The notes beneath the pieces are model-generated. The model was not told where the DNA came from and did not search any database. It saw nothing but the letters and a program-made list of their open reading frames with translations. The translations under genes were made by a program, and so were the position numbers. From Heteronotia binoei (taxonomy: Eukaryota): a DNA stretch of 64,000 bases. This document shows, piece after piece, positions 43,240 through 55,491 of the stretch (positions are counted from its first letter, which is position 1; each line of letters begins with the position of its first letter). The stretch is taken from NCBI RefSeq assembly GCF_032191835.1, contig NC_083229.1, forward strand, positions 106,020,001-106,084,000. Direction: 5' to 3'.

Positions 43240-44830
43240 GTGGAGAAGCTGGGCCACGCAAGGAAGGCCCTGATGCTGGACAGCCACCGTCAGTCACCAC
43301 GAAGCCTGTGGCGATGTCCCCGCCTACCCAGCCCTCTAACTGCAGTGAGAGGATGGCTCCGAGAGTGTCCATCGTGTGCAGTGCGTTGACTGCTTCGGTG
43401 TGCAGCAAGGCCCAGCGATAGCCGGCCTGGTAGCCCTGACCCTGCCTTCTGCTACTGCCACCCCACCCTGCAGCTCACTGGGTTGTCACTAATGTGCAGT
43501 CAGGGAGAAAGCATGCTGGGAGCTCCAGATATCTGAGGTGAAATGAACAGTCGCCCCGGCAGCACGGGACAAATGCTCCTTCACCACAGATCTGGTCACC
43601 CTGAAAACAGATGGCACAATGGTCCTGATAATTATGGTTCTAGCAGGAACTTTGTACCAAGGCACCAGGTACTCAAGCAACCCTAGCACCCCAGGATTCT
43701 CGACCACTGAAAATGGAAGCCCATGGACGACCGACCTGGCAAGGTTCCAGGCAATCTTCTGCCATACCTGATTCCCCCTCTTGGCAAACAGGTGCCACCC
43801 CACCAAACATCTCAGGCAGAGATGCCTGGCATCCCTGTCCTGTCATGGAACCCTCTTGGAGAGCTGTGGAGGTAGTCGCGGTGGGATGGACCTCCTGGCT
43901 GGGTGGTGTTGGCTGCTTGGGCACCCCAGCACCAGCCTGCTTCTCCCTCTTAAGAAACACCACCTGGTGGCGCTTCTGCAGGTGGTTCCACATCCCCCCC
44001 GGAGTCAAGTGGGCAGAGTCCCACCCATGACTGATCCAGGCCCTGCGCAGCTGGCACTGCGCATAGCGTGGATCCTCCGTAAGTCGGAAATGCTTCCAGA
44101 CTTCGGAGGTACAGATGCCCAAGCTGACCAGCTGCTTAGGTGTCCGGAGCCACTTCCTGCAAGGTGCTCAAAGCAGACACATCATGTCTCGGGGTGGCAG
44201 GAGGGTCTGGCCAGCGGGAGGAAGTAGGTGGAGATGGAGGCACCTTATGTGTCTGCATCTGTGAGATGGAGATGGAGGCACCTTATGTGTCTGTTCTTCC
44301 CCCTCCACCCATGCGGCCTCCCCTCCTGGCCATCCCCTGAAGGACTGCTGGTGCCCGAAGGAACCAAAGAAGGTGGATGGTCCTCCTCAACCAACTTCTC
44401 CTCCAGCTCCTGCACGACACTCTGCACCCTCCTTGGGGTGATCGATTTGGACAGAAAACTGTCCCCAAAGCTCATCTCCAAGGAGGGCTGCTCTTGCTGC
44501 CCCTCCTCTGGCTCCTGAGGCCAAGCGACATCAGCTGGAGGAGAGACTGCCTGAGCAGCAGACCCCTGCTCAGTGCCAGCACCTAATGGCACCTCTGCTG
44601 TGGGCGCCCCAGCAGCAGCCTCGATGAAGGACCCAAGGCGGGCCTTCTTTATCACACTCCAGGCAGAGGTTGAAGTGCTGGAAGGCGGCTGTGGAGTAGC
44701 CCTACGCACAGGTGGTGGTGGGGAACTGGGTCCTCCCCCTCCCTTCCACCCCTCTAGTCTCCTTGGCCTTGCCCCCAGGGCCCCTCTTCTGCTGCCTGTC
44801 ACTCATGTCACCCTTGGCCAGTCTCACACA
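43240..44830 (-). pseudogene. hAT (Ac-like) transposase with BED zinc finger, decayed
   Basis: SEVWKHF...AQCQLR...MWNHLQKRH (BED); LPFSVVENPG...YKVPAR...VHFTSDIWSS...SLTAH (hAT catalytic region); multiple frameshifts. Confidence 0.88.
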
Positions 44831-45074
44831 ACCTGAACTGAGAGTGGGTTTTTTTACAAACCTAACTCACTGCACTGTACCCGGAACCAACAGGTGCCCT
44901 GACTTTTTTTTTAAGAACCTTCCCACCAAAACTTGTTTGTTTGTTTTTTTGGTCCCTAACCTGTCCCTCTTTGGGTTGGGGTAGTAGTAGTCTGGTAAAG
45001 TTTAGGAGACTAGGTGATCCTGCCTCTACCTGGCTACAGTTTTTAAAAGACTACCTTGAGATGAAGGCAGTCCT

Positions 45075-45290
45075 TGAACATATGAACATATGAAGCTACC
45101 TTATACTGAATCAGATCCTTGGTCCATCAAAGTCAGTATTGTCTTCTCAGACTGGCAGCGGCTCTCCAGGGTCTCAAGCTGAGGTTTTTCACACCTATTT
45201 GCCTGGACCCTTTTTTGGAGATGCCAGGGATTGAACCTGGGACCATCTGCTTCCCAAGCAGATGCTCTACCACTGAGCCACCGTCCCTCC
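45075..45290 (-). mobile_element. Squam2-like tRNA-derived SINE
   Basis: GGTGGCTCAGTGGTAGAGCATCTGCTT..GGTTCAATCCCTGGCATCTCC head; CR1-like tail ending (CATATGTT)n. Confidence 0.75.
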
Positions 45291-45819
45291 ACCGTCCTTG
45301 TTATATCCTCCTAGTTAAATTTCTCCAAACTAGATCCTGGGACAAACTGGATTTCCTTCCAAACTAGAAATCAGGTGTCCCCTATAACTAGAGAGAAGCT
45401 GTGGTTTACCCTATGGAAATCTAAGGATGTACCAGCTTTCAGTGGCTGAAAGCAAGATGCGCTACAACCCTAGTCTCTTTAAAAGGGAGCCTGATGTGGC
45501 CTAGTAGTCATGCTGCCTTTTATGAGAAGCCTACAATCTTTTTAAATTGCCCCTATCTGGCCTAGTTGATTTTGAAAGAAGATAAAGCCCTAAACTGGAT
45601 TGTTTTTTTTTTAATTTCAAAAAACACAATTCCTAAAAACACCCTTATTAGTGGGGCAGCCTATTTAGTGGCCCTAGCCAAACTGAAAGCACCCTCAGAC
45701 TCCAAAAATAGCTCTATAAAAACATGAACACACCCCATACAGCCCACACACTAACCCCCTCACACCAACCAGAAGTAATTAAAAAAACCCCAAAACGTGA
45801 CAGAAAGAAACTTAACGTT

Positions 45820-46270
45820 TAACCCCTCCCCCCCAAAAAAAAACCAGAACCAGGAAAAGGGACAAGAGGACAGGATGCAAAACCAACAGCAACAGAGCCA
45901 AACAAAGCCAACTGAGAAAAGGCCAACAAACTCAACTTTTAAAAAACTCTACTTTTACCAATAAAAAAACCTCAGGCCAAATCAGTTAACACCCCACCCC
46001 CCAAAAAAAACCAGAACCAGGAAAAGGGGCAACAAGACAGGATACAAAACCAACAACAGCAGATCCAAACAAATCCAACTGAGAAAAGGCCAACAAACTC
46101 AACTGTTAAAAAACTGAACTTTTTAATAACAAAAATTAGGCCAAACAACTCCCCCGTCCAAGAACCAGAACCAGAAGAGAAAAGGAACAACAGTAGCTCA
46201 ACACAGCAGCAACAAATCAAACACAGAATCCTTTTAAAACAGTAAAAAACTTGACTTTTAACAATACAGG
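45820..46270. repeat. A/C-skewed tandem repeat, about 165-bp unit, about 2.5 copies
   Basis: AAAAAACCAGAACCAGGAAAAGGG...CCAACTGAGAAAAGGCCAACAAACTCAACT recurs at about 45836 and 46003, with a partial copy near 46160. Confidence 0.85.
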
Positions 46271-46499
46271 AACTTAACCAACCCCTCCCCCCCAAAAAAC
46301 CTTCACCCTAACCCCAAGAAATCCAAGCCACCCAAATCAGGAAAAGTAAAAGGACACTGCACTTTTAAAAGTCCTCTCACTAAAGTAAGATATAGCCAAA
46401 TTGGCAAAAACCACCCACCCCAGGCTCCCACCCTCAGCAGAACCCCCTAACTCCAAAAAAGCTATCACTTTGGCTTCCCACTGATGAAATTGTATCTCT

Positions 46500-47310
46500 T
46501 TGGCTTCCCACTGATGAAATTGTGACACGATCTGTCAAATGGCCCATGGTGGTGCTGACATTCACTGGGTCCACAAGCAACCCAATAAGTCACATCATTA
46601 CCATAAAATTCATCCAACAACCCTGGGTCCTTAGCTTTGTTCATTTCATCCCTGGTCAGTTCTCTAAACTCCTTGGACAGTTCAAAAACATTTGCACATC
46701 TTGTTGTGGAAGTACCGTAGGTCCAGGTTGTGGCACTTCATCATGTGCAACGTCATCATGAAAATCTGGCCTTGCACCAACACTGCCTGTTTCTGATGGA
46801 GATAGATTTGATTCACTTCCTGTCTCTGAAGACTGACACTGGTTTTGATCTGGATCATCTTTCTCTGCAGTTTGTAAGAAGAAATCTGTCAGCTTTCCTG
46901 TCTTGGCTGCAATAGACAGATTCTTTTGCTCACTCTCTTTTGCACACCACTCAACTGAACACACTTCATTTTTGACATTTACATGGGGCTGAAATTAAAA
47001 AGGGGCAGAGAGGGTCACTGAAATGACTGTCATGACAACTGAATTTGGCTCCATCATTTAACTTTTAAACACATGCATTTTACTTTTAAACATAGCCTAT
47101 GACACTGCACCTCGCCAACAAAAAATAGAAGATAACCCTAGGGCGCAGCATGATCAATTTGCACTAGTTTTATCTTCTTTTTTTGTTTTTTTACAAATCT
47201 TAATTTGTTTTTTTTTTTCTTTTTACCCTTTTCCCAGCTTTGTGGTGCCCCCTTTGACCCTCATGCTAAGCACGTGCTTAGTCTGCTTAATGGTTAATCT
47301 GCCCCAATGC
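46500..47310 (-). mobile_element. hAT (Tip100-like) 5' end with transposase N-terminal remnant
   Basis: Terminus CAGATTAACCATTAAGCAGACTAAGCACGTGCTTAG; ORF KESEQKNLSIAAKTGKLTDFF resembles the K-rich KLTDFF N-terminus of such transposases. Confidence 0.6.
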
Positions 47311-48109
47311 TTAGCCATCCATATGATCTCTCTAAAGCGGAGGTTTCCAAACCTCAGGTTGTGGACCGGTCCTGGTCTGGGGCCTGTTTGCAACCAGCCA
47401 CCACTCCCTGCCCTCTGACAACCTCCTCCCCTGCTGCCGCCACCCCCCCACCCTCACAGTGCAGCAACGAGCCACTCAGTCACGCTCCCCCCTCCCAGCA
47501 CGACAAGGCTCATCTGCTGCCACCGCCTGTCCCCTCCCTTCCTTTCCCCAGCGCCGTGCTCCATCCCCCGTCCTCCACCCGTGCGATCAGAGGAAGCTCA
47601 GAGGCCCTACCCACTTTGATGTTGTTGGAAAAGCAGGCTGGAGGAGGAGGAGTTTTGCCCCTCCCTCACTTCCTTCAGCGTGATTCAAATCAGCCCGGCC
47701 CTGCCGAAGCTGCCCGAGCCTCCTCGCGGTGTCCCTCTGATCCCATGGGGGGGAGAGAAGGGGAGGGGCTGGCGATGGGGCTCGGCTCTACTGGCTGCAG
47801 CGGCGGAGCCCTTTTGGAACAGGGCTGGTTCCTGCTGCCTCTGGCCTGCCCGGGCTGAGTGAGCTCAGCACAGTTTTCCCCAAGGATCAGGTGACTGGAG
47901 GGGGTCACCTTTACACAGCCCAGAGCAGCTCCCTTCCAGACATTGAAATTGACCTGGGGTGGGGAAGGAAGGGAGGAGGAGGCGGGGGGCAAACTAGGCG
48001 TGACACAGGGGGAGGCAAATGCCTCAATTGCCCTTCCCCACCCCAGGTCAATTTTAATGTCCGGAAGGGAGCTGGAAGGCAACCCTATTTGCTTTATTTT
48101 CCACCCCCC

Positions 48110-48790
48110 CCCCTCTTTCTGTCAGTCTTTTCTCCTGTCTTTCTCTCTCTCTTTCTTTCTGGCTGTCTTTCTTTCTGTCTTTCTATCTGTGTGTGTCATT
48201 CTTTCCCCCTGTCTTTTTCCTTTCTTTCTGGCTGTCTTTCATTCTTTCTATTTTTCTCTTTCTCTCTGTCNNNNNNNNNNNNNNNNNNNNNNNNNNNNNN
48301 NNNNNNNNNNNNNNNNNNNNNNNNNNNNNNNNNNNNNNNNNNNNNNNNNNNNNNNNNNNNNNNNNNNNNNNNNNNNNNNNNNNNNNNNNNNNNNNNNNNN
48401 NNNNNNNNNNNNNNNNNNNNNNNNNNNNNNNNNNNNNNNNNNNNNNNNNNNNNNNNNNNNNNNNNNNNNNNNNNNNNNNNNNNNNNNNNNNNNNNNNNNN
48501 NNNNNNNNNNNNNNNNNNNNNNNNNNNNNNNNNNNNNNNNNNNNNNNNNNNNNNNNNNNNNNNNNNNNNNNNNNNNNNNNNNNNNNNNNNNNNNNNNNNN
48601 NNNCTGTCTTTCTCTCTCTTTCTTTCCCCGTCTCTCTCTCTCTCTCTCTCCTTCCTTCCTTCCTTCCTTCCTTCCTTCCTTCCTTCCTTCCTTCCTTCCT
48701 TCCTTCCTTCCTTCCTGCTGTCTCTCTCTCTGTGTCATTCTTTCATTCTCTCTCTTTCTCTCCTTCCTTCCTGTCATTTCATGTTTTCCC
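48110..48790. repeat. CT-rich low-complexity sequence, (CCTT)n microsatellite and gap (N 48271-48603)
   Basis: Directly visible. Confidence 0.95.
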
Positions 48791-48858
48791 AGGCTGAGAG
48801 TATTTTATATTTTTAGTTTTCTGCTGTGTGATCCCTGTGCTCTTTGTGATCCTTGTGG

Positions 48859-49109
48859 AGAGCCAGTTTGATGTAGTGGTTAAGTGTGCGGACTCTTATC
48901 TGGAGAACTGGGTTTGATTCCCCACTCCTCCTCTTACAGCTGCTGAAATGGCCTTGGGTCAGCCATAGCTCTGGCAGAGGTTGACCTTGAAAAGGCAGCT
49001 GCTGTGAGAGCCCTCTCCAGCCCCACCCACCTCACAGGGTGTCTGTTGTTGGGGAGGAAGGTAAAGGAGATTGTGAGCCGCTGTGAGACTCTTCGGAGTG
49101 GAGGGCAGG
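48859..49109 (+). mobile_element. Squam3-like SINE, 3' end runs into gap 49110-49247
   Basis: Same family as 1284-1548. Confidence 0.8.
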
Positions 49110-51484
49110 NNNNNNNNNNNNNNNNNNNNNNNNNNNNNNNNNNNNNNNNNNNNNNNNNNNNNNNNNNNNNNNNNNNNNNNNNNNNNNNNNNNNNNNNNNN
49201 NNNNNNNNNNNNNNNNNNNNNNNNNNNNNNNNNNNNNNNNNNNNNNTTGCATTGCAAAATCCCACTATTCTCTTACCTTTCCTAAACAAAATATTGCAAG
49301 AGTTTTAAGCATGTTTGTACATCATTTCCTGTCTCCTGGCTCCACCATCAAAGTCTCCTGGCTCTGCCCCCAAATTTTAGTGGGCCACGAAGGAGAAGTG
49401 TAAAAATAACTGGGCCACGGGAGGGAAAAATTTGGGAAACCCTGCTCTAAAGGCTTTTTGACTTTTTACAGTTCAGCAAACTTAGCGTTGCCACTAAAAG
49501 CTCACTCAGCCCAGGATTGCAGTCATTCCAAGCTCTCTGCTGTAAGAGTGGCATATTTTCAGTAGCTGTTCATCATGTACATACTTTACACTTTTAAGGG
49601 TATTCTTAAAATATTAAATGCAATACCTAAAACTACAATGTGTGACCATTTCAATGATCCTTGGGAAAATGTGCCTCTTCCCATTACCAGTTATAACCCT
49701 GACCCCTGAAATATTAGCAATTAGTTCCCCAAACCAGCAATGTAATTGGATTGCCTGCACACTGTGGCTCTATAGAAGCTGCAAAACAAGCCTTTTCTTA
49801 GAGCCCTCGGTTGTCTGTATTTCAGCTTTGCTTTGGTTTCCCTCCAAAGGACAATCCCCTTTATAGTTCCTAACTCATAGCAAATGGCTAACACTCTTTA
49901 ATGGGATCCTAGGTTTTGCCCAAAGGCTGGCTGTCTTCAGAGAGTCAGGTCCTGTTCCTCCCTTACTCACAGCTCTCATGCTGATAACATAGAATAAAAA
50001 CACAGCAAGTGTCGGGGAGATAAGACAGAAGCACATTTGATCTTCCTCTCATATGGACAAGAAGGAGCTGGCTCCCAAGAGCAGTCCCAGTCTGTGGCTA
50101 CTCTCATGCTTATCTCCTGCTGTAGTTAATAGGGAACCTTTTTGGTGTGTGTGTGTGTGTGTATAGTGTGGGGGAGACTTTGGAGCTGACTTGCCTGTAA
50201 TATTCGCACAGCTTCACTAATTTTGAAAAATTCAGTTTTGCCACTTTAGAGGTAATCCATGAAAGGTCTCTTCCTGCAGACAGCAATAAATCATAGCTTC
50301 CACTAAAAGCTTGGATGTCAGTAGAAATTTATTGCACGGAGCTGCTAGTGGACTTAAAAGCCATTTCACGTGTCTTATTACTTCAGTCATCTAATTTATG
50401 GGCTTCAGCCACCATTGTAGTTGGAAAAGTGTTTTCCTTCATCTGATTAATATGATCTCTGCACTTCCATTTATTTTATTGCATTTTTTTTGCACTAGAT
50501 CCTTCCATTTTTCTTTCTAACAATGGCAGCAGCATTTGGGCATCAAGGAAGATTGGGAGCAGAAAGGAAAGGCCCTCTACCGTCAGAACAATAACGGTGG
50601 ACTTAGCTTGGCTTAGTGGTGGTTGCACTTGTCAAAAGTTGTCATAGGTATTGTTAGCTGAGAAATGTTGCCCTGGGGAAGAAGAAGCTGTCATCGGCTC
50701 CCAGAAATGAGGCAACCTTATTAAATCACAGATGAGGTAGGCCTGAGTAATAAGCATTGAGAGACTGGCATTCAGGATTCTGGGTAGGTGTAATACATGC
50801 TTACCCCATGAAAACTAAGAGTGAATTCAGTTTTAGGATTATTTTTTTAAATATCACCTTTGAATGCAAAGTAATGAATCTCAAACAGTATTTCTCCAGG
50901 GCCCTGAAGCTTCTAGGAACATTATCAGAGCTTCTCCTAGGTGAAGATCAACAATAATAAGCTCTTTAAAAAACAACTTGTCCATGATAAGTGATCACTT
51001 TTTTATTATGCTCAGCTTCAGGGAAGCATTGGCTGCACTATCAGCTCAATGGAGGTTTAGCTAGGAGCTGGCAACCAGTGTGAACAAAGATTAGTGCATT
51101 CTAGATCACTTCCCAGAATTCTCTGCATTGCCCAGGGGTTCTACAGCAGAAACTGGTTCCTTGGCAAATAAACAGATAGGGAAGGAGTTCAGGAATTTCA
51201 AAAAATTATTGCTAGGGAGAAAGAAGCTATGAATCTGAAAAAAACTACTCTTAGAATCCACCTCCCCCACTAGCATACCTGCTGTGAGAGACTGTACTTT
51301 TGAAAGCTTAGAAGTGTTGTACAAACAGGTAAAGGACTATGAAAGGTGAATTCTCCATAAAATCAGAGAGTCTTGAGTGACAGGCTGCTCCCAGGAATCT
51401 GATTGGTTAGCATCAGCTGAGCAGAGAAAGACTTGAGAGCTCAATGCTAAGAAAAAAATCAATCTGAATTTAACCCTGACTGAG

Positions 51485-51767
51485 ACCGATTTCTCACTAA
51501 CATTGCTTCACTCCCAGGCTTCTGTTTTCCCTTGGTGCAAATGATCGATTTCCCACCAATTGCTCCATGGGTGCATTTTGACACAGGGCTCCTTCTAATT
51601 CCCCATGTGACATCGTAATCCTTAAAAGACAGTATCACAAAACATCACAGGGAACTGGAGGGAGCCCCGCATCAAAATGTGCCTGTGGAGCAACTGGTGA
51701 GAAATCGATAGCTTTCGCTAGGGGAAACAGAAGCCTGGGGGTGGAGCAACCCTAGTGAGAAATTGGT
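51485..51767. mobile_element. Long hairpin MITE
   Basis: ACCGATTTCTCACTA..CCCAGGCTTCTGTTTTCCC..CGATTTCCCACCAATTGCTCCA pairs with TGGAGCAACTGGTGAGAAATCG..GGGGAAACAGAAGCCTGGG..TAGTGAGAAATTGGT. Confidence 0.82.
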
Positions 51768-52001
51768 ATGAGAGTAGTTCAACACAGATGGAGATCTGGG
51801 GTGGTTGGCAAGGAAGAGTTGGTAGTTAGGTGAGGACTCCCATTTGACCCAAAAAAGGGGGAAAGATCTTCTACAGAGAGAAGAATTTCCCTACCCAGTT
51901 AAAACCTGGAGATCCCTGGTCTGGTGTGGTTAGAGACTTCCAGAAGGGTCAGTAAATGTGTTTAGTGAAGGAGTTTGGATACAGGATAGACTATCCCAGC
52001 T

Positions 52002-52035
52002 ATCACTTCTTGGCCTTTTGGCTAAGATCAAGTGT
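52002..52035 (+). pseudogene. RNU2: U2 snRNA 5' fragment (nt 1-34), 3'-truncated retrocopy
   Basis: ATCACTTCTTGGCCTTTTGGCTAAGATCAAGTGT against U2 ATCGCTTCTCGGCCTTTTGGCTAAGATCAAGTGT: 32 of 34 match, both mismatches at CpG; flanked by imperfect direct repeats ending TATCCCAGCT / TATCCCAACT. Confidence 0.9.
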
Positions 52036-52679
52036 GGATAGATACAGAGTATCCCAACTTTCTGGAAAACCATAAGAGCCAGTGAATACTCAAAGGAAGT
52101 GTGTTGAGGAAACACTGAAATAAAAGTCTCTCATTTTAAAGATTCTAAGTCACTGTGAAAAGAAACTCTCAGTCGCTTAAAACTTATGAACTGAAGTCTG
52201 TGCACGTACAAATTTGCCTCAGAGTTCTTTTTTAAATTACCTCACCTGATCTTTCCCCCTCTATGTTGAATAAAATATTTTGTTATTTTTGAATTTCAAA
52301 AAGCCTGTAGTGCCATCTAAATTATTTAGATTGAAGGGTAGTCTTGATGCTTCCCTCAGGTTCCTGGGTGAAGCCAGCAGCAAAATATCAGACTGTGACA
52401 GGATGGGACAGCTATAGGTTTTTCAGGGAAGAAGAAAACAGATAGCCAGGGTGGCTCAGTCAGATAGGGGAAGAAAAAAGGAGGAAATATTTTGCTTCAG
52501 CGTCAGGGAGAGAAGTGCCCCTGAGGAACCCCACATTCCAGTAGATAACTTGGAGATACTGACCCTCCCAATGCTACCCTATGTCCCTGACCATGGAGCA
52601 ATGAGGTGAACTGTTGCAGAGCTACCCCATGTCTCTATCCACATTGGTGAGATGGTGAGTCAGTAGATGTTAATGGACT

Positions 52680-53890
52680 GAGTTGAACACTGCTGTAAGA
52701 TCAAGTAGAATCAGCAGCCCCAACCCTCCTCATTCCAGCTGCCTGCAGAGATCATCTGTAAAGGTGACCAATGCAGTCTCTGTCCTGTGGCTGGGGCAGA
52801 CGCCAGATTGGAATGGATACAGCACTGATGTGTCATCCAGAAATTTTTGGAGCTGTTCGGCTAACACTCTCTCAATTACCTTACCTGGAAACAGAAGATT
52901 AGAAACTGAGCAGTAATTGGTCAGGTCCATAGGACCATTCAGTCTTTTCAAGAGTGGAACAACCACCACCTCTTTCAGCCCTGCTGGAAAGGTTCCTGTG
53001 CTCAGGGACAGGTTGATAATATCTTCCAGGGGACCTTGTAACCCCTCACTACTGTCTTTCACCAGCGACTTGGGGCATAGATCACAGAGGCAGGTGGTTG
53101 GCTTCACAGCACCCAGAATCCTGTCAACATTGGCTTGGGAGACCTGGCTGAAGGTATCAAGCACTAAATCCAAAGATGGCCTAGGAGCCTCCAGTTCAAG
53201 TATTGTATCAATGTTGACAGGAAGGTTGCAACTGAGAGACAAGACTTTATCTGCAAAAAAGCTCGCAAATGGCTCACGGCTAATAGTTGAATTACTATTA
53301 TTCTGTTCACTCTCTAAGAGGGACATAAGAGACTGATTTATCCTAAATACTTGAGCTGGGCAAGAGCTAGTAGATGTGATGGAGGTCACATAAAAATCTT
53401 TCTTTGCAGCCTTCACCACTATCTCATAGAATTTCAGAAGCGTCCTATAATATGTTCTTGTGGCTTCATCGCAAACTTGTCCCCAAATTCACTCCAGTTG
53501 TCTGAGTTCCTGTTTCATCCTCCTGAATTCCATTATATACCAGGGCAATGTTTTCTGCTGTGGATGGAGAGGATGGGTGTGTGTGTGATTAAGTGGCTTC
53601 AGAGAGCTGGGAGTTCCAGTCTTCTATCAGGTCATTTAAGGAATTGCTAGAGGCCATCAGTTCCTGCAGAACATTCTGGAATCCACTTGGATTCATTAGT
53701 CTCTGTGGGCAAGTGTAAATCTCTTTGCCACCTAGATGGGGTGGGGGGAGGGACACCCAGCCAGAATGGGTTCTCCACTTTGGTTTCTTTGCCTTAGATG
53801 GAATACTTGTAAGGATTCTGAGCAGAGCAGTGTTAAACAAATACAAAGAAAATATCTTCTGTTGTAAGATCTGCGTAAGCATCAAGCTGG
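52680..53890 (-). mobile_element. L2 LINE internal fragment, older
   Basis: VKAAKKDFY...KPTTCLCDLCP...LKEVVVVPLLK...FQSG...TETALV is the L2 pre-RT/RT region; more diverged than the other two copies. Confidence 0.87.
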
Positions 53891-54234
53891 ATGATATTTG
53901 ATGTTAGTTATGTTGAGGTTCCCCAACCTGATCCACAGTCATACATCCCATTGGAGAACTAGAATCCCCCAACCACATTGGAGCCCAATGGCTTGGAGGT
54001 GTGGCACAGAGGGAGGAGGTGCATCAGCTGAAATGACTATGGGAGGCTGTTTGCTTCCATGTACTGCAATTAGTACACTTGCAGCCCCATAGCAGAGCAA
54101 ACTTCCCCCCATGGCCATTTCAGGAAGGCAGCATGGGAAAGAAGGCTGAAGCTTGTTGTCACCCCATTCTGTGCTCCTGAGCCCAGCTGGGCCCTGGCAC
54201 ACTTGGGAACATTAATAGATGTGATGACACTTTG

Positions 54235-54570
54235 TGTCATGAGTCAGCCAGGACTCCGCAATAGTGAGGTCTCCTCAGAGGAAGTGGAGTGCTGTGTAGC
54301 CAGAAGCCAATCAGCAGGAAAATGAGCTGGCAGGCCAGGATTTACAGCCAACAGCTGGTGCAGAACCACCTCCGCCCTCTAGCCCAGATTCAGTGGTGAA
54401 AGTCAGTTGATTGCTCCTGGCCCTCCAGGATTGATCCCTGAAACTTTTTAGCTTGGGCCAAAGGTCACAGCTTTGATTAAACTCTAAAAACCTGGCCTTA
54501 GACTGCATGGCACTGAACTTCAGAAGCTTCTTTTGGCTTTGTAATTTTGGGAAGCCAAACAAGACGCTAT
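54235..54570 (+). mobile_element. Possible solo LTR
   Basis: Starts TGTCATGAGTCAG and ends CTATAACA; CCAAT box inside; no clear TSD. Confidence 0.35.
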
Positions 54571-55491
54571 AACATGATACCCAGAGCCTGCAAATCAGTA
54601 CACCTTGTTTCCAAACCTAAAAACAAGGAACTTCAATTTCATACCCTACAAACTTCTTCTTTCCCCTGTTACCCAGTAACAAATGTTAGTATTATAATAG
54701 CATAGTTACTGGAGAGTTACAAAGCAGGTTTCTTGTTTTGCTAATTCACACTTATAACTCAGAAGAAAAAGTCTCTTAGCTTGTAACTGGTTTTGATAGG
54801 AAAAGCACCCAAACCTTTATAACACAGACTAGTCCCCCCACCTTTTTACTGTTTTTGACAGGAACAGGACCCAATTCCTATCTATCTTTAAAGTACCTGA
54901 AGTCCCTAATGGACTCCCTACCTAACCAGCAGAATTCCTAAGCCTTTCCCAGCCAAAATCCAACAACCCCAAACTTTGTCAGTTGCCTAGCCGTAAAACT
55001 ACACTCTGCCTTTTTTCTTTTTCTTTCCAGCATTCCAACCCACCATTTGAATGTGATTGGCTTAGGCTCCTGGAGGGTGGAACACAGAACTATCCACCCT
55101 TGGCAGCACTTATGACTGTGGGTTGAGTCAGATTTATAGTTTAGTTTGACCCTTAGGTTGCTGAATGGGAAAATTTTCTCTCAGGTTCATTATTTCCTAA
55201 CTCTCTTACATAGTCCGAGTTTGAATTCAGTTTGAGCTCTCTAAGCCAGACAGCTAGGAATTACTATAATAAAAATTAATTAATGTTATTAGTTTTTCTA
55301 TTAATTTCCAATACACTAAGATACAATAAGGAAAAGCACTTTATGGGTTTTTTTAATTAGATAAAAATCAAACGCACTTTCCTAATAGGTGAAATGTACC
55401 ATAATCGCAAAGATGTTGCATAGACTATGATTCATCAATATTTCTTGAGACATGTTCTTTCAAAAGGCAGAAGGCTCCTAATTGAAAGGAG

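Larger units (their letters stand above)
47338..49444. mobile_element. Non-autonomous hAT-Charlie-like element, contains gaps and a SINE
   Basis: Perfect 8-bp TSD CTCTAAAG at 47330-47337 and 49445-49452; TIRs CGGAGGTTTCCAAA / TTTGGGAAACCCTG. Confidence 0.82.
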
